64,000 bases of DNA. It comes from Eledone cirrhosa. Its lineage: Eukaryota. The stretch spans positions 165,416,001 to 165,480,000 of the forward strand of contig OZ024741.1 of assembly GCA_964016885.1 (NCBI GenBank), in the 5' to 3' direction. Of the stretch, positions 13,591-26,615 are shown piece by piece; the first letter of the stretch is position 1, and each line of letters starts with the position of its first letter. The notes under the pieces are model-generated. The model ran no database searches. It was not told the DNA's origin and saw only the letters and a program-made list of their open reading frames with translations. A program made the translations under genes and the position numbers.

Positions 13591-13807
13591 CTAGAAGAAA
13601 ACAAATGTAAAAATATATAAATATTACTGTTGTCTTGATATAAAGACAATATATAAATATGTGCGATTGTGTGTGCATATATGCACATATATATATGTGT
13701 GTGTGTGTGTGTGCGTGTGTGTAAAAGGTAAACAGAAATAACAACACAAACGGTACAGTATATGGAAGGAATATATTAATTTAACGCTTGAAATAGCAGG
13801 AAGAGGG

Positions 13808-13843
13808 TCTTAACGTTTCGGACGCTAGCCCTTCATCAGAAGA
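13808..13843 (-). ncRNA. Minimal type I hammerhead ribozyme motif (third family)
   Basis: Minus strand TCTT-CTGATGA-a-GGGC-tagc-GTCC-GAAA-CG-TT-AAGA: stem I TCTT/AAGA, intact core, 4-bp stem II, palindromic ACGT stem III. Decayed copies of the host repeat are at about 38815-38955 and 43090-43192. Confidence 0.8.
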
Positions 13844-14110
13844 AAGAATGAGAAATTAGAAAGATTGAGGGGCAGGGCGGAATTGGGAAAAGTTTTTGAG
13901 GAAAAAAAAATATATATATATACACACACATACACACATATATATGTATATATAATTTTTTTTTTTCTCTAAAAACATTTTTCCGATTCCACCCTGCCCC
14001 TCAATCTAATTTCTCATTCTTTCTTCTGATGAAGGACTATAAACAGTTATAAAAAATTATAAAGGTTACAAAAATTATAAAAATTAGTTGTGAGTGTTAC
14101 ATTAAATATA

Positions 14111-14767
14111 CTAGCAGAAAAACCACCCTCGGGTGGTTTTCTGCTAGCATGTATAGTGTGTATATTGATATTATACGCAGGTATATATGCATGTAGATAT
14201 GATACATCAAATAAAATCATAATTGACAATCAGTAACATAATCCATGATACATTAAAAAGAGACAATATTATATATAAACTGTATTAGGAGAAAATTAGT
14301 GACAGAAATATATGAATGTTTATTTAAACGACTGCTAACCAGAAGTGTTGACATTTGAAAATTTTAAAGAAGTGAATATTTAAATAAGTAACAAAATATA
14401 TTTAATGAACAGCCACAAAATTTAGTAGATAAATTATGTAATTATATAATATAATAATATTCATAATAATAATATTATAATATTCATTCATTATTTATTC
14501 AAGTATCGGTAGAGGGTCGGACGCCATGCTTTCCAGCATAGTTACGTCCCTTTACGATCTGAGTTCAAATCCCGCCGAGGTTGACTTTGCCTTTCATCCT
14601 TACGGGGTCGATAAAATAAAGTACCAGTAATGCACTGGGTAATTGCTGGCCTTGTGCCAAAAGTAGAAACAATTATTTATTCAAAGTAATCCAACTCATT
14701 TTACTAAGGGAATAAAAAATTATAAACTGTACGGAGTCCCGCACTTCTTTCTTTATTATAGTTTAGA
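14111..14767 (-). mobile_element. Non-autonomous Helitron carrying an embedded SINE
   Basis: Minus strand starts A|TCTAAACTATAATAAAG and ends with the hairpin AGCAGAAAACCACCC-GA-GGGTGGTTTTTCTGCT running into CTAG|T, with no TSD. Copies are at 23441-24211, about 5122-6520 and partially at about 42405-42670. Confidence 0.82.
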
Positions 14768-16100
14768 TTAGGAAGACTAAAATAAGAGAAGATAAATTGT
14801 GAAGAAATATAGATATTAAAGTGTTGATAGTGTATGGTAACATAGGTGGTTAATTTTAATCTCAATGTCAAATATTCTCGAAACTAAATTATTGGATGAT
14901 TAAGGGGTAATAAAACTATTTTGCACCAATATGTGTTTGTATTCAGGACGAAAATGTGGTGCGGTGTATCCTTGACTGATGTTATCATCTTTCTCATATT
15001 CACAAAGTCCAAAGTCCAAAGAAAATAGGTTACTGTGACCGAGTATATTAAAATAATGAAGGGAGGGGAAAATTAATTAATCAATTCCAAGCACTCAAAG
15101 TATGGAACCAAATTTATTGACCTGCGCATTACTCAGATGGCCACAGGTAGTCAGTCGATGGCCACACACTGGAAAATGCCAATAATACCAATGAGAATGA
15201 TATGATGAATAGGTAACACATCACATATTCTGATTTTTCTCCATGGCATGGTAAATTAAGTGCTAGAGTTAACTAATTAGATATAGCTATACTTAGGTAG
15301 AAAAAACAGGTACATAAGTTAAAAGTAAAACTGAAATTTAAATTAGATTAAATTAAGTCAGTAGTTATTATTGAATAGAGGGGTTGTTTAATATTATATT
15401 ACATACGGAAGGGCAGTGGGTTGGCAGTATCAGGAGGTTGGACGCAATGCTTTGCAACATAGAGTTACGGCTCTTTTTGATCTGAGTTCAAGATCCGCCG
15501 AAGTTAACTTTGTCTTTCATCCTTACGGGGTCAATAGAATAAAATACTAGTTATGAACTGGGATAATTGCTGGCCTTGTGCCAAAAGTAGAAACAATTAT
15601 ATTACATCTGGAATAAATCATGGGATGTAATATAATGTAGTTAATTTAATGATACGCTATAATATGAAATATAAAACATATAAAGAATATAAAAGTAAGG
15701 TGTAGGTGTAGTTCAAGTAATGAACTATAATGAAAGTTAAGTGGTAAATAATTAGAAAGTAATTAGCTATTGGTATGTGGACCATACTAAGACATGTATC
15801 AGAATTTTACGTATCACCCATGGACTAAATTCTAATTTCTTTAAAATATTAATCCTGCTAAAAACACTAAACATATTTCAATAGCCCAGCTTCATCATCC
15901 AATCATGAAGCAAGCCTTAAGCAATTTCATCAGGTGCCGATTGCAGAATTAATTATATACAACAGGACTACGGCGAACACAAGCAGAGAAAGAAAATAGA
16001 GGATAGATTTGATTGCCGGGATGGTCTGCCATTACAAAGACACCAAATTGGCAATCCCCGAATCAAATCTATTACCTATTTTCTAAGTTTGCCAGGGATA

Positions 16101-17640
16101 GACAGGGTTGATCACATCCTGTTGAAGAAACTATCCAACATTGGAGTTTGTGGAAAGCTAGTGCAACGGATTAAATGTTTCCTGACGAACAGATCCTAGC
16201 ATGTTGTGGTTGAAGGAATAAGATCAAGCTCAGCCAAAGTCAGTAGTGGAGTCCCACAAGGTACTGTGTTGGGCCCACTTCGCTTTATTATTTACATTAA
16301 TGACATTATAGACATCATCAAACACAGAAAAATAAGAATTTTCACAGATGATTCCAAGCTCTAGCAGAGTATCAGTGGAAGACCAAACATGCCTTCAATC
16401 GGATCTGCCTGCTGTTATCCAATGGGTGATAAAAATCAATGTAATACTAAACAAGGATAAATTTGAATTAATCCAATTTGGATTTCCCTCAGGTGAAACC
16501 CTTGTGGCATCAAACAACACTAGAGACCTTGGAGACAACTTAACCCTTTAGCATTTAAATTTCTCTATATTTACTATTATATTTTCATGGTAAAGGCTTA
16601 TATAGTATCTAATCTATGAGATTTTGATATTTATTTTGAGAACAATACCTTAACATAAGTATGAGTTGCCAGTTACAGCCAGTTTGAACAGAAATAGGTG
16701 AGAGAATTCTGGCCAGATACAGCTGGTTTAAATGCTAAAGGGTTGAGCTGGAGTTCTCACATAAACAACAAAGTTGACTCAGCCCGTATGATGTGTTCCT
16801 AGATTCTCAGAACATTCTAGTCTTGAGAAATTCACACTATCGCCTTTCTCTATCCTACCTTTGCCCAGCCCCACCTTAACCCTTTAGCATTTAAAGCGGA
16901 CATATCCGGCTAGAATTTTCTCACCTCTTTCTGTTCAAACCAGCCCTAACTGGCCACTTATAACTGACATAAATAAGTAATAATTGTTTCTACTTTTGGC
17001 ACAAGGCCAGCAAATACCCAGTGCATTACTGGTACTTTATTTTATCGACCCCGTAAGGATGAAAGGCAAAGTAAACCTCGGCGGGATTTGAACTCAGAAT
17101 GGCAAGGACCGTAACTCTATGCGTCAAAGCATGGTGTCTGACGCTCTACCGATACTGCCAATCCACTGCCAATAAATAAGTAATAATGACATTAAAGTAT
17201 TGTTTTTAAAAAATATTTCCTCAAAATCTCGTAGATTCAATATTATGTGAGATAAAGCCATTACTACAAAAATACAATAGTATATATAGAGTAATGTAAA
17301 TGTTAAAGGGTTAAATGCTGTTGCCAATTGTAGTCACTTCACACAAAACAAGTATTATGAAAATTGAAGTACCTCAGATGTCAATGATAAAAGATAGCCA
17401 GCATGGGGTCGACTTGAAAAACTCAAACTATTCTCTCCAATGCTGCCATGAATGCTAACATCATCTATACGATGTGGAAAATATCCCATCAATATTTCCA
17501 AAATGATGTTGGTATCATCTTTAAAATTCATCCAAGGCTTAATCACCATGCTATCTATCCACTACAAAAACCAATCTTACATAACAATGCTATGATACAA
17601 CTTGTTTAATATCATAATGAAGTACATCAAGACAGAAACA
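16101..17640 (+). pseudogene. CR1/L2-type LINE reverse transcriptase remnant, interrupted by MITEs and a SINE
   Basis: DRVDHILLKKLSNIGVCGKLVQRIKCFLTNRS*HVVVEG...SGVPQGTVLGPLRFIIYINDI...RIFTDDSKL* contains the GVPQG and FADD-type RT motifs with in-frame stops. Confidence 0.85.
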
Positions 17641-17879
17641 GATCTCTTTAAAATCAAAAGTTCCCAGGACAAATTCCTCTAAGGAATATAGGATAACCCC
17701 CCCTATACCCAGATATGTCTCTTTCCTAGAGTGGGCCACGTTGTTCAAACCATGACTAGGTTGTGAACCCATAATATAAAAGACTTCACCAGGTGATGTT
17801 GTTAAGTTAGACATGCCTGGGCCAACACTGACTGAAACCTATCAAAGTTATATATATATATATATGTGTGTGTGTATGT

Positions 17880-17910
<31 letters not shown>

Positions 17911-19904
17911 TAGAGTGTCAATTATATTTTCTCAGTATACAAGTGTGCATGTATGCATGGTAGTGAGACATGGGCAGCAACTGTTGAGGATATGCGACGG
18001 CTGGAGAGAAATGAAGCAAGCATGCTACAATGGATGTGCAATGTCAATGTGCATGAACGACCAAGCATAGACACGTTGAGATAGAAACTGTGTATAAGAA
18101 GGCTAAACTGTAGTGTGCGGGAGAGAAGATTGCATTGGTATGGACATGTGATGTGAATGGAGGATGACTGCTGGGTAAAGAAGTGCCAAGAAATCCCAGT
18201 GGAAGGAAGACACAGTAGAGGAAGACAACGAAAATCATGGTCGGAGGTGGTGCAGAGCTGACCTCAGATTGATGAAGCTCACAGAGGAGATGACGAAGGA
18301 CCGTGACGAATGGAGAGATGCTGTGCTGAAAAGGACCCATCCCACTCTTGCAAGCAAGGAAAAGCGGATGTATGATGATGATGATGATATATTTTTAACT
18401 GTTGGTCAATCAATGATAAACATTGATTGCCAGCCAAATTAACTATAGGAATATATAATATACGGAAGCGAAAAGAAACCCATACCAAACAGACAGTATG
18501 TTTTATTAAATATTTCTGGCAATATTATAATAACATAACCCTCACCAAATATATATATATATATACATTTCTATATGCTATTTATATATTCCTATATGCG
18601 ATAAGAGACAAGTAAAAGTGCCAGCGTCAGAAAGAGTATCCAGCTATGAAAAATAACCTACCTCCAAAATTCCCGTGTCACTCATACCACCTTGAAAAAC
18701 CAGACATCTGATGATGATGAAGATGATTTATACTATAAAACTCAAACAAAATATCTCTCTGGAGAATGAATAAATATTTTGTGATTCTGATTGGAACTAC
18801 CAAAATGATTTCTGAATATTCATTCAAACAAATGAATATCAACAGAATCAATATGTTGTGCTCTCCAATTATCAACAGTTATCATTTCCAACTTCAAGGA
18901 TGCTTTATGTTGTCTGAAATCTAATTTACTGCAAATTCTTGCCAAAATATGTGAATCAGTTTTCATGAATTTTATCAACTCACAAATTACAGTGCCAAGA
19001 TCCTGCAGGTTCTCAATAAACTTTGAAATCAAAAACATTTCAGGAAAAAACAACACATACAGACAGATACCAATATAGATACTCATACATACAGATACAG
19101 ACATACAGATATAACAGATGCACAAATACACTGATATACACAGATACACACACACACAAAGATACATATAGACACGCAGGCACCCACCTACAGATATACA
19201 CATGTACAGATACACATATACAGATATACATACATGCTCAACATAAAACAACTGAGCCAGAATTCAGGGGATTCTGAAAAGATGTTGAAGCAATGTACCA
19301 CCTCAGATTAATAAGCAACAAAGTCTCTTAAAAGAGTTAAAACTAGTTAACAAATGGACTAACCTTTTATGACTAAATCATTTAAATGGTTTACAACAGA
19401 TGAACTAAATGTTTAAAGGGTGTAGACAAGACTAAATCATTTCAATGGTTTATGACAAATGTACTAATTTTTTTAACCCTTTAGCATTTAAACCAGCTAT
19501 ATCCGGCCAGAATTCTCTCACCTCTTTCTGTTCAAACTGGCTGCAACTGGCCACTCATACTGATATTAAGGTACTGTTCTTAAAATAAATAATAAAAAAT
19601 CTCATAGATACAATATTATGTAAGATAAAGCCTTCATCACAAAAATATAATAGTAAATATAGAGTAATGGTGTTAGACTGGTATATAAATATAAGATATT
19701 CGTTTCTTTTATTCAGCTACTGGTTTCAGTCAATGACTGGTATCACCAAACCTTTAAAGTTAGAAGATTATTTACATCTCATTGACATGTGCAATCAAAT
19801 GACAGATCAACAGAATTAAACTTTGGTTTCTGGATATCTTATCACTGTTTAACTCATATAATTAACACGTGTATGAGTGTTATATATATATATATATATA
19901 CACA

Positions 19905-19985
19905 TACATGATGTCCCCCAAAAATGTATACACACTTCGACAGCATTCTTATCAAAGTGTGTGAACATTTTTTGGACAGCCTGTA
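19905..19985. mobile_element. Tiny Tc1/mariner-type MITE
   Basis: TA-flanked imperfect TIR CATGATGTCCCCCAAAAATGT / ACATTTTTTGGACAGCCTG, about 80 bp. Confidence 0.6.
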
Positions 19986-20649
19986 TGTATATATATATAT
20001 ATATATATATACAGAGAGAGAGAGAGAGAGGGGGGGAGAGAGAGAGAGAGAGAGGAGGTGTGAAAATATAGAGATAGATGCAAATGTGTGGGTGGAAGTG
20101 AGAGAGAGAGAGAGAGAGAAGCAGATAAAACAGCATGAGTGTTTCCTGTGTTAAAATCTGACAAACAATTCAATGATGAAATCTTACTTCAATAATAAAG
20201 ACTCCACTTGACTATTAAGTTAATTCAACAAATGATTTGATATGAACAAAAGCAGCCATTGGATAAGATAACAATTTTAGTTTGGTGAGAAAGTTAACCG
20301 AGAAATACCTCACATGTTTGAAGAACTGTCATATTCAATTCTTTTAAATATACATTTATTTTATCCCTTTTTTTTTTTTCTTTTTTTTTTACAGAAAATT
20401 CAATGTTTGAATGTGTTAAATTCTCTAAATTAAGAATAACAAGGAGATAGGTGTGTGTGTGTGTGTGATGATCATTACACGCCTGTTTTCCATGATGGTA
20501 TGAGTTGGACAGGATGTCATGGGCTAAGATTAGACAGGTCAGAGAGATTTCATCATGCTCATGTATTTCCTATTTGGTATGGTTTCTGCGGCTGGCTGAC
20601 CTTCCTAACACCAATCATTTTACAGAGAGCACTCAGAGCATTTTAACGT

Positions 20650-21390
20650 GGCACCACACTACCACTTTACAGAGTACACTGAATGCATCTTATCATGGCA
20701 CTAGCATTACCACTTTACAGAGTGTATCAGGCACATGGCACCAGCACTACCACTTTACAGAGTGTATCAGGCACATCTTATCATTGCACCAGCACTACCA
20801 CTTTACAGAGTGTATCAGGCACATCTTACCATGGCACCAGCACTACCACTTTACAGAGTGTATCAGGCACATCTTATCATTGCACCAGCACTACCACTTT
20901 ACAGAGTGTATCAGGCACATCTTATCATGGCACCAGCACTACCACTTTACAGAGTGTATCAGGCACATCTTATCATTGCACCAGCACTACCACTTTACAG
21001 AGTGTATCAGGCGCATCTTATCATGGCACCAGCACTACCACTTTACAGAGTGTATCAGGAACATCTTATCATGGCACCAGCACTACCACTTTACAGAGTG
21101 TATCAGGCACATCTTATCATTGCACCAGCACTACCACTTTACAGAGTGTATCGGGCGCATCTTATCATTGCACCAGCACTACCACTTTACAGAGTGTATC
21201 AGGCACATCTTATCATTGCACCAGCACTACCACTTTACAGAGTGTATCAGGTGCATTGCCACTACCACTTTACAGAGTGTATCAGGCGCATCTTATCATT
21301 GCACCAGCACTACCACTTTACAGAGTGTATTGGGTATATTTCATTGTAGCACCAGTACTACTACTTTATAGAGTGTACTGGGTACATTCT
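20650..21390. repeat. 48-bp minisatellite, about 14 copies, derived from a SINE internal module
   Basis: Unit GCACCAGCACTACCACTTTACAGAGTGTATCAGGCACATCTTATCAT(G/T). It has no stop in any plus frame, which explains the three overlapping repetitive ORFs. Confidence 0.95.
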
Positions 21391-23440
21391 GTCATGAAAT
21401 CAATCTTGTCTTCTCTATGTGTAAGGGCTTGGGCCCCCTCCCCTCACTGAGGTTTCCAATCCCTCACTATATTCCCACGTATACATACATCATCATCATT
21501 TTATTTTCACCTCTCCATGCTTCCAAACGTTGCATCAACACCATTTATAAAAGCCTGCAATGACTGTTTATTTTTACTTTCCACATAAACAGAGAGACTT
21601 GTATGTCAACTGTGGATGCTGTATGACAAAATGTAATTCCTATAGCCTCAACTCAACCCAAACCTTGTGAATGAAATTGAAAGCCCTTCAGATGGGCTAT
21701 ACCTATAATTCAAAAGGCTAGTTTTGTCACACAGTGATCACGCCAAATTTTACTGAGAACTACATTAAAGAGTACACATGATTTTGGAATACTCAGGCAC
21801 TTTCATGTTAATTTCATGAGCAGTATTTTATGTTGACAGAACAACTGAACTACTCATTGCCAAAACCAATGGAGGTCTTGCTTTACTTAGAAAAATCTAA
21901 TGAGGGTAAGCATCTGGAAGAGCATTCAACTATAGAAGTCTGCTGCACAAAGTCTGATGGAAACCATGCTGGCATGGAAAAACAGATATAAAACTGATGT
22001 TAATGATTAAGGTTTTCAGGTGAAATCTAAGCTTGAAGAAATAGAAAAAGTTTGGATGCAAACAGAAATGAGAATCCAAACTAGTGGTACCCATGCTTGC
22101 CTGGTTAAATTGATTATTTCTGATATTGGAAGCAGAAGAAACAGACTACCATCATACATTTAGCTCAGATTATATTAACCCTTTAGCATTTAAACTAGCC
22201 ATATCTGGCTAGAATCCTCTCACCTTTTTCTTTTCAAACTGGCTGCTCAAACTGATGTTAAGGTATTGTTCTCAAAATAAATAATATCAAAATCTCGTAG
22301 ATTCGATATTATGTGAGATAATTGTGTCAGGTAACGTGTTTAACATTAAAAATACAACAGCAAATATAGAGTAATGTATGCTAAAGAATAATAGGAGGGA
22401 AATATTGTGACAGAATTCTGGCTGGATACAGCTGGTTTAAATGCTAAAGGGATAAACATATCTTAAAAGCTGGACAAATGTATGTAACTAAACCTACCTA
22501 CCATAACAATTGTATTTCTCTCTCTCTATTACACACACACATATATATAACACACCCAGATATAATGCATGTGCAAACCAAGCACACAACACACAAAAAC
22601 AAGATGGTGTAGGACAGAACAAAGGCGAGACACAAAGTAACAAATCAGTCAATGAGGAGGTTACAGAATGTGTGACGAAAGAGCTTTGACAGTAAATAAA
22701 CAACCATCCGATTACTGAACCAACTAACCAGAAATGTTTAATGAATTGAAGTGAAAACCAACAGCCACATGTCTTTTTATTGGCAGCACAATCCTTCCAA
22801 AGTATAACATATATATATATTTACAGCTCACATCTAAATAGGTTCAGCTGTCTTCCCATAAGGTTACCCTTCATAGAAGGTTTCTTGCCTGCTTTTCCTA
22901 TCATGAAAAGCAACATGAAATGAAGCATCTCGTTCAAGAGCACATGTATTTCTTGGTTCAGAAATCAAACTCAAGACCTTATGACCATAGCCCAACACCT
23001 GAACTACTAGTCTATGTGCCTTCACACACACACACACACATATATATATATAATCAAACATTCCTTAATAGATGTACACATCTGTATACTTAAACTAAGA
23101 GAAGGTAAGTTTGAAACTGTCAATTATTTACCATATAATCTTGTGATAATTTCACTAAGGCGGATTTAAAAAGTTACAAACAGCTATGAGCTAATTATAT
23201 AGTGCAAGCTAATTATTGTTGTAACCAATTATTATTGTGCTGTATAACAGAAATACTAGGAAGTGAAGAATTATTTAAATAAATATGATAAATGAAACAT
23301 GGCTGACAGGACAGAGATGGTGATGATGATGAAGGAAACAAAGGAAGAAACAGAAAAATATTACTGAAAATATTTACAAGATGAAAAATATAAGTCGAGA
23401 AAGTTGATATGAAAATATTTGTTTGCCCTATTATAAAAAC

Positions 23441-24211
23441 TAGCAGAAAAACCACCCTTCGGGTAGTTTTCTGCTACCATGTGTAGTGTGTATAATGATA
23501 TTATACGCAAGTGTATATACATGTAGATATGATACATCAAATAAAATCGTAATTGACAATATAAACAGAAATTGAACGAAGACGTTGTTACACTGTATTA
23601 TGTAATCAGTAACGTAATCCATGAAGTGCAACTTTGAAAAGAAGTCAATTTAAAATTATTTATTTTATACGAAATTATTTTTGTTTACGAAATTTAGTAG
23701 ATAAATTATGTAATATTCATTCATTATTTATTCAAAGTAATTGGCGGTGAATTGGCAGTATCGGTAGAGGGTCGGACGCCATGCTTTGACGCATAGAGTT
23801 ACGGCCCTTGCCATTCTGAGTTCAAATCCCGCCGAGGTTAACTTTGCCTTTCATCCTTACGGGGGTCGATAAAATAAAGTACCAGTAATACACTGGGAAA
23901 TTGCTGGCCTTGTGCCAAAAGTAGAAACAATTATTTATTCAAAGTAATCCAACTTATTTTACTAACGGGATAAAAAAAAAATAAACCGTATGCAGTCCCG
24001 CAGACCTTCCTTTATTATAGTTATTGGCAGTATCAGTAGAGGGTTGGACGCCATGCTTTCTAGCATAGTTACGTCCCTTTACGGTTTGAGTTCAAATCCC
24101 GTCGAGGTTAACTTTGCCTTTCATCCTTACGGGGTCGATAAAATAAAGTACCAGTAATGTACTGCGTAATTGCTGGCCTTGTGCCGAAAGTATAAACAAT
24201 TATAGTTTAGA
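23441..24211 (-). mobile_element. Non-autonomous Helitron (same family) with two SINE insertions
   Basis: Same TC and CTAG termini and hairpin. The SINE at 23743-23930 is flanked by the duplication ATTATTTATTCAAAGTAAT. Confidence 0.82.
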
Positions 24212-24629
24212 TGCTGAATCATGTACATACTTCTGTAAAGAGAAACACACATACAGCCTGATGATGACTGTCACAACACACATACCAGTAATTGGAGTAG
24301 GCTTGTTGGTTTACTAGGAGGGTTGATATATGTCTTTGAAGGACATATTTGAATTTAATTTTTGACTTGTGTGGTATTTGTATGGGGGTTGGGGCTGATT
24401 GTAAGGTTATGGTTTGTGTTTGGTTGAGATTGGGAATAGCATGGGTTCGGTCTGGATTTGTTTACATTTAGTTACGGCAATTGACAGTCTTATGACACAC
24501 ACACAAACATACATACATATATATACATACACACATGCACACATATACACACACACACACACACATATATATATACACACACATATATGTATACACACAC
24601 ATGTATACACACACATATATATAATATAT

Positions 24630-25235
24630 ATATATATATTATAGGCATACGTCAAGACGGGCGGTCTCAAAAGTGAAACTAATTTTACGATTGTGAATTT
24701 GTTTGTTTTTTTACGCAATTGTATTGATTTCTTAATATATATATATGTGTGGGTGTGTATATGTGTGTGTATATGTATATATATATGTGTTTGTGTCATC
24801 ATCATCGTTTAACGTCTATCTTCCACGCAAGCATGGGTTTAGACGTATATATATGTCTGTGCGTATATATGTGTTTGTGTGTATATATGTGTGTGTGTGT
24901 GTGAATATATATGTGTCTGTATATATATATATGTGTATGTGGCCACATATATATACACACAAACACACATATATATACACACAAACACATATATACACAC
25001 AAACATATATATACGTCTAAACCCATGCTTGCGTGGAAGATAGACGTTAAACGATGATGATGACACAAACACACATATATATATATATACAAACACACAT
25101 ATATATATACATACACACACACATATATATACACACATATACACACCCACATATTAAAAAAAAAAAAAAAAATTCACAATCGTAAAATTAGTTTCATTTT
25201 TGAGACCGCCCGTCTTGACGTATGCCTATATTATA
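24630..25235. repeat. About 600-bp imperfect palindrome
   Basis: 24640-24700 pairs with 25171-25230, 24787-24850 pairs with 25008-25072, and the centre TATGTGGCCACATA is at 24936-24949. Confidence 0.92.
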
Positions 25236-26304
25236 TACACACACACACACACACACATGTATGTATACACACATGATACACACATACACATATATATATA
25301 TATAATATCATCATCATCACCGTTTTACGTCCGTTCTTCCACGCTAGCATGGGTTAGACGGGTTGTCCTGTTGTGGGCAGTGTCTGGTCGGCTGACCATG
25401 CCTTGCTCATACAGGAACTGATCTGGCTTGATTTCTATAGCTGGATGCCCTTCCTAACACCAACCTCATTTACAGTGAGTGCTGGGTGCTTTTTCGTGGC
25501 GCCTACACGTCCACTTTACAGTGTGGGCTGGGTGCTTTTTTGCCGTGGCACCTCCACGACCACCTTGCGGTGGGGGGGGGGGCATATTGTTTATATGCTT
25601 CAGCATGTACCCATGGGAGGTCGGGTACCCTGTATTACTGCGTGACGCCAGAAGTCACGGTCGTGTGTATATATATATATTATATACACACACACACATA
25701 TATACACACACACATACACACATGTATATTATATACACACACACACACACACACATATGTATACACACATGATACACACATACACATATATATATATAAT
25801 ATATATATATTATATACATACACACACATATATACACACACACATACACACATGTATATTATATACACACACACACACATATATGTATACACACATACAC
25901 ATATATATATATAATATGTATATATTATATACACACACACACATATATACACACACACATACACACATGTATACACACACACACACATATATATATACAT
26001 ACACACACACACACGCATACATACATAACTGGCACTCCATCAGATAGGATGACAAGTGTTGCATTTGATCCGATCAACAGAACAGCCTGCTTGTGAAATT
26101 AACGTGCAGGTGGCTGAGCACTCCACAGACACACACAAACATACATACATTCATACATATATATACACATATAAACACACACACACATGTATATACACAT
26201 GTATACACACACACATACATACATAACTGGCACTCCATCAGATAGAATGACAAGTGTTACATTTGATCCGATCAACAGAACAGCCTGCTTGTGAAATTTT
26301 AGTG

Positions 26305-26383
26305 CAGGTTCATAATATGTGGTGACAGTCGAGTTTGCAATTTTCAATTGCAAACTCGACTGTCACCACATATTATGAACCTG
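26305..26383. repeat. Perfect 38-bp-arm hairpin with 3-nt loop
   Basis: CAGGTTCATAATATGTGGTGACAGTCGAGTTTGCAATT-ttc-AATTGCAAACTCGACTGTCACCACATATTATGAACCTG. Confidence 0.97.
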
Positions 26384-26414
26384 AAGATTGCGAAAGCATG
26401 AAAGTACTTGTTCA
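26376..26414 (+). ncRNA. Minimal type I hammerhead ribozyme motif (second family)
   Basis: TGAAC-CTGAAGA-t-TGC-GAAA-GCA-t-GAAA-GTAC-TT-GTTCA: 5-bp stem I, intact core, GNRA-capped stem II, palindromic AGTACT stem III. Confidence 0.82.
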
Positions 26415-26584
26415 ATTAACACTTAAAATTTAATATTCTATCATACTATTTCATTATAATACCATTATATATTTTAAAGGATTGTAAATAAAACGAGTAA
26501 ATCAGACAAAGTTGGAATTCCTCTTATTAATATAATCTTCTATACACAATCATACACACCCGTGTATATTTACCTAACTATATC

Positions 26585-26609
<25 letters not shown>

Positions 26610-26615
<6 letters not shown>

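Noticed and set aside
13434-13688. 84-aa ORF as a complete gene
   Set aside because: Only the 113-nt spliced exon is CASK-like. The flanks are intron read-through.
18820-19050. Non-repetitive minus-strand open frame as a possible CASK or other exon
   Set aside because: No similarity to CASK or any family I recognise and no clear splice pair.
20505-21450. Three long overlapping ORFs (288, 255, 204 aa) with repeats such as MAPALPLYRVYQAHLI
   Set aside because: Artefact of a stop-free 48-bp minisatellite derived from a SINE. No splice or domain evidence.
24407-26064. Many YIYI/CVCV/HTHT ORFs (also at 36.0-36.4, 38.6-38.9 and 19.8-20.2 kb)
   Set aside because: Dinucleotide microsatellite translations.
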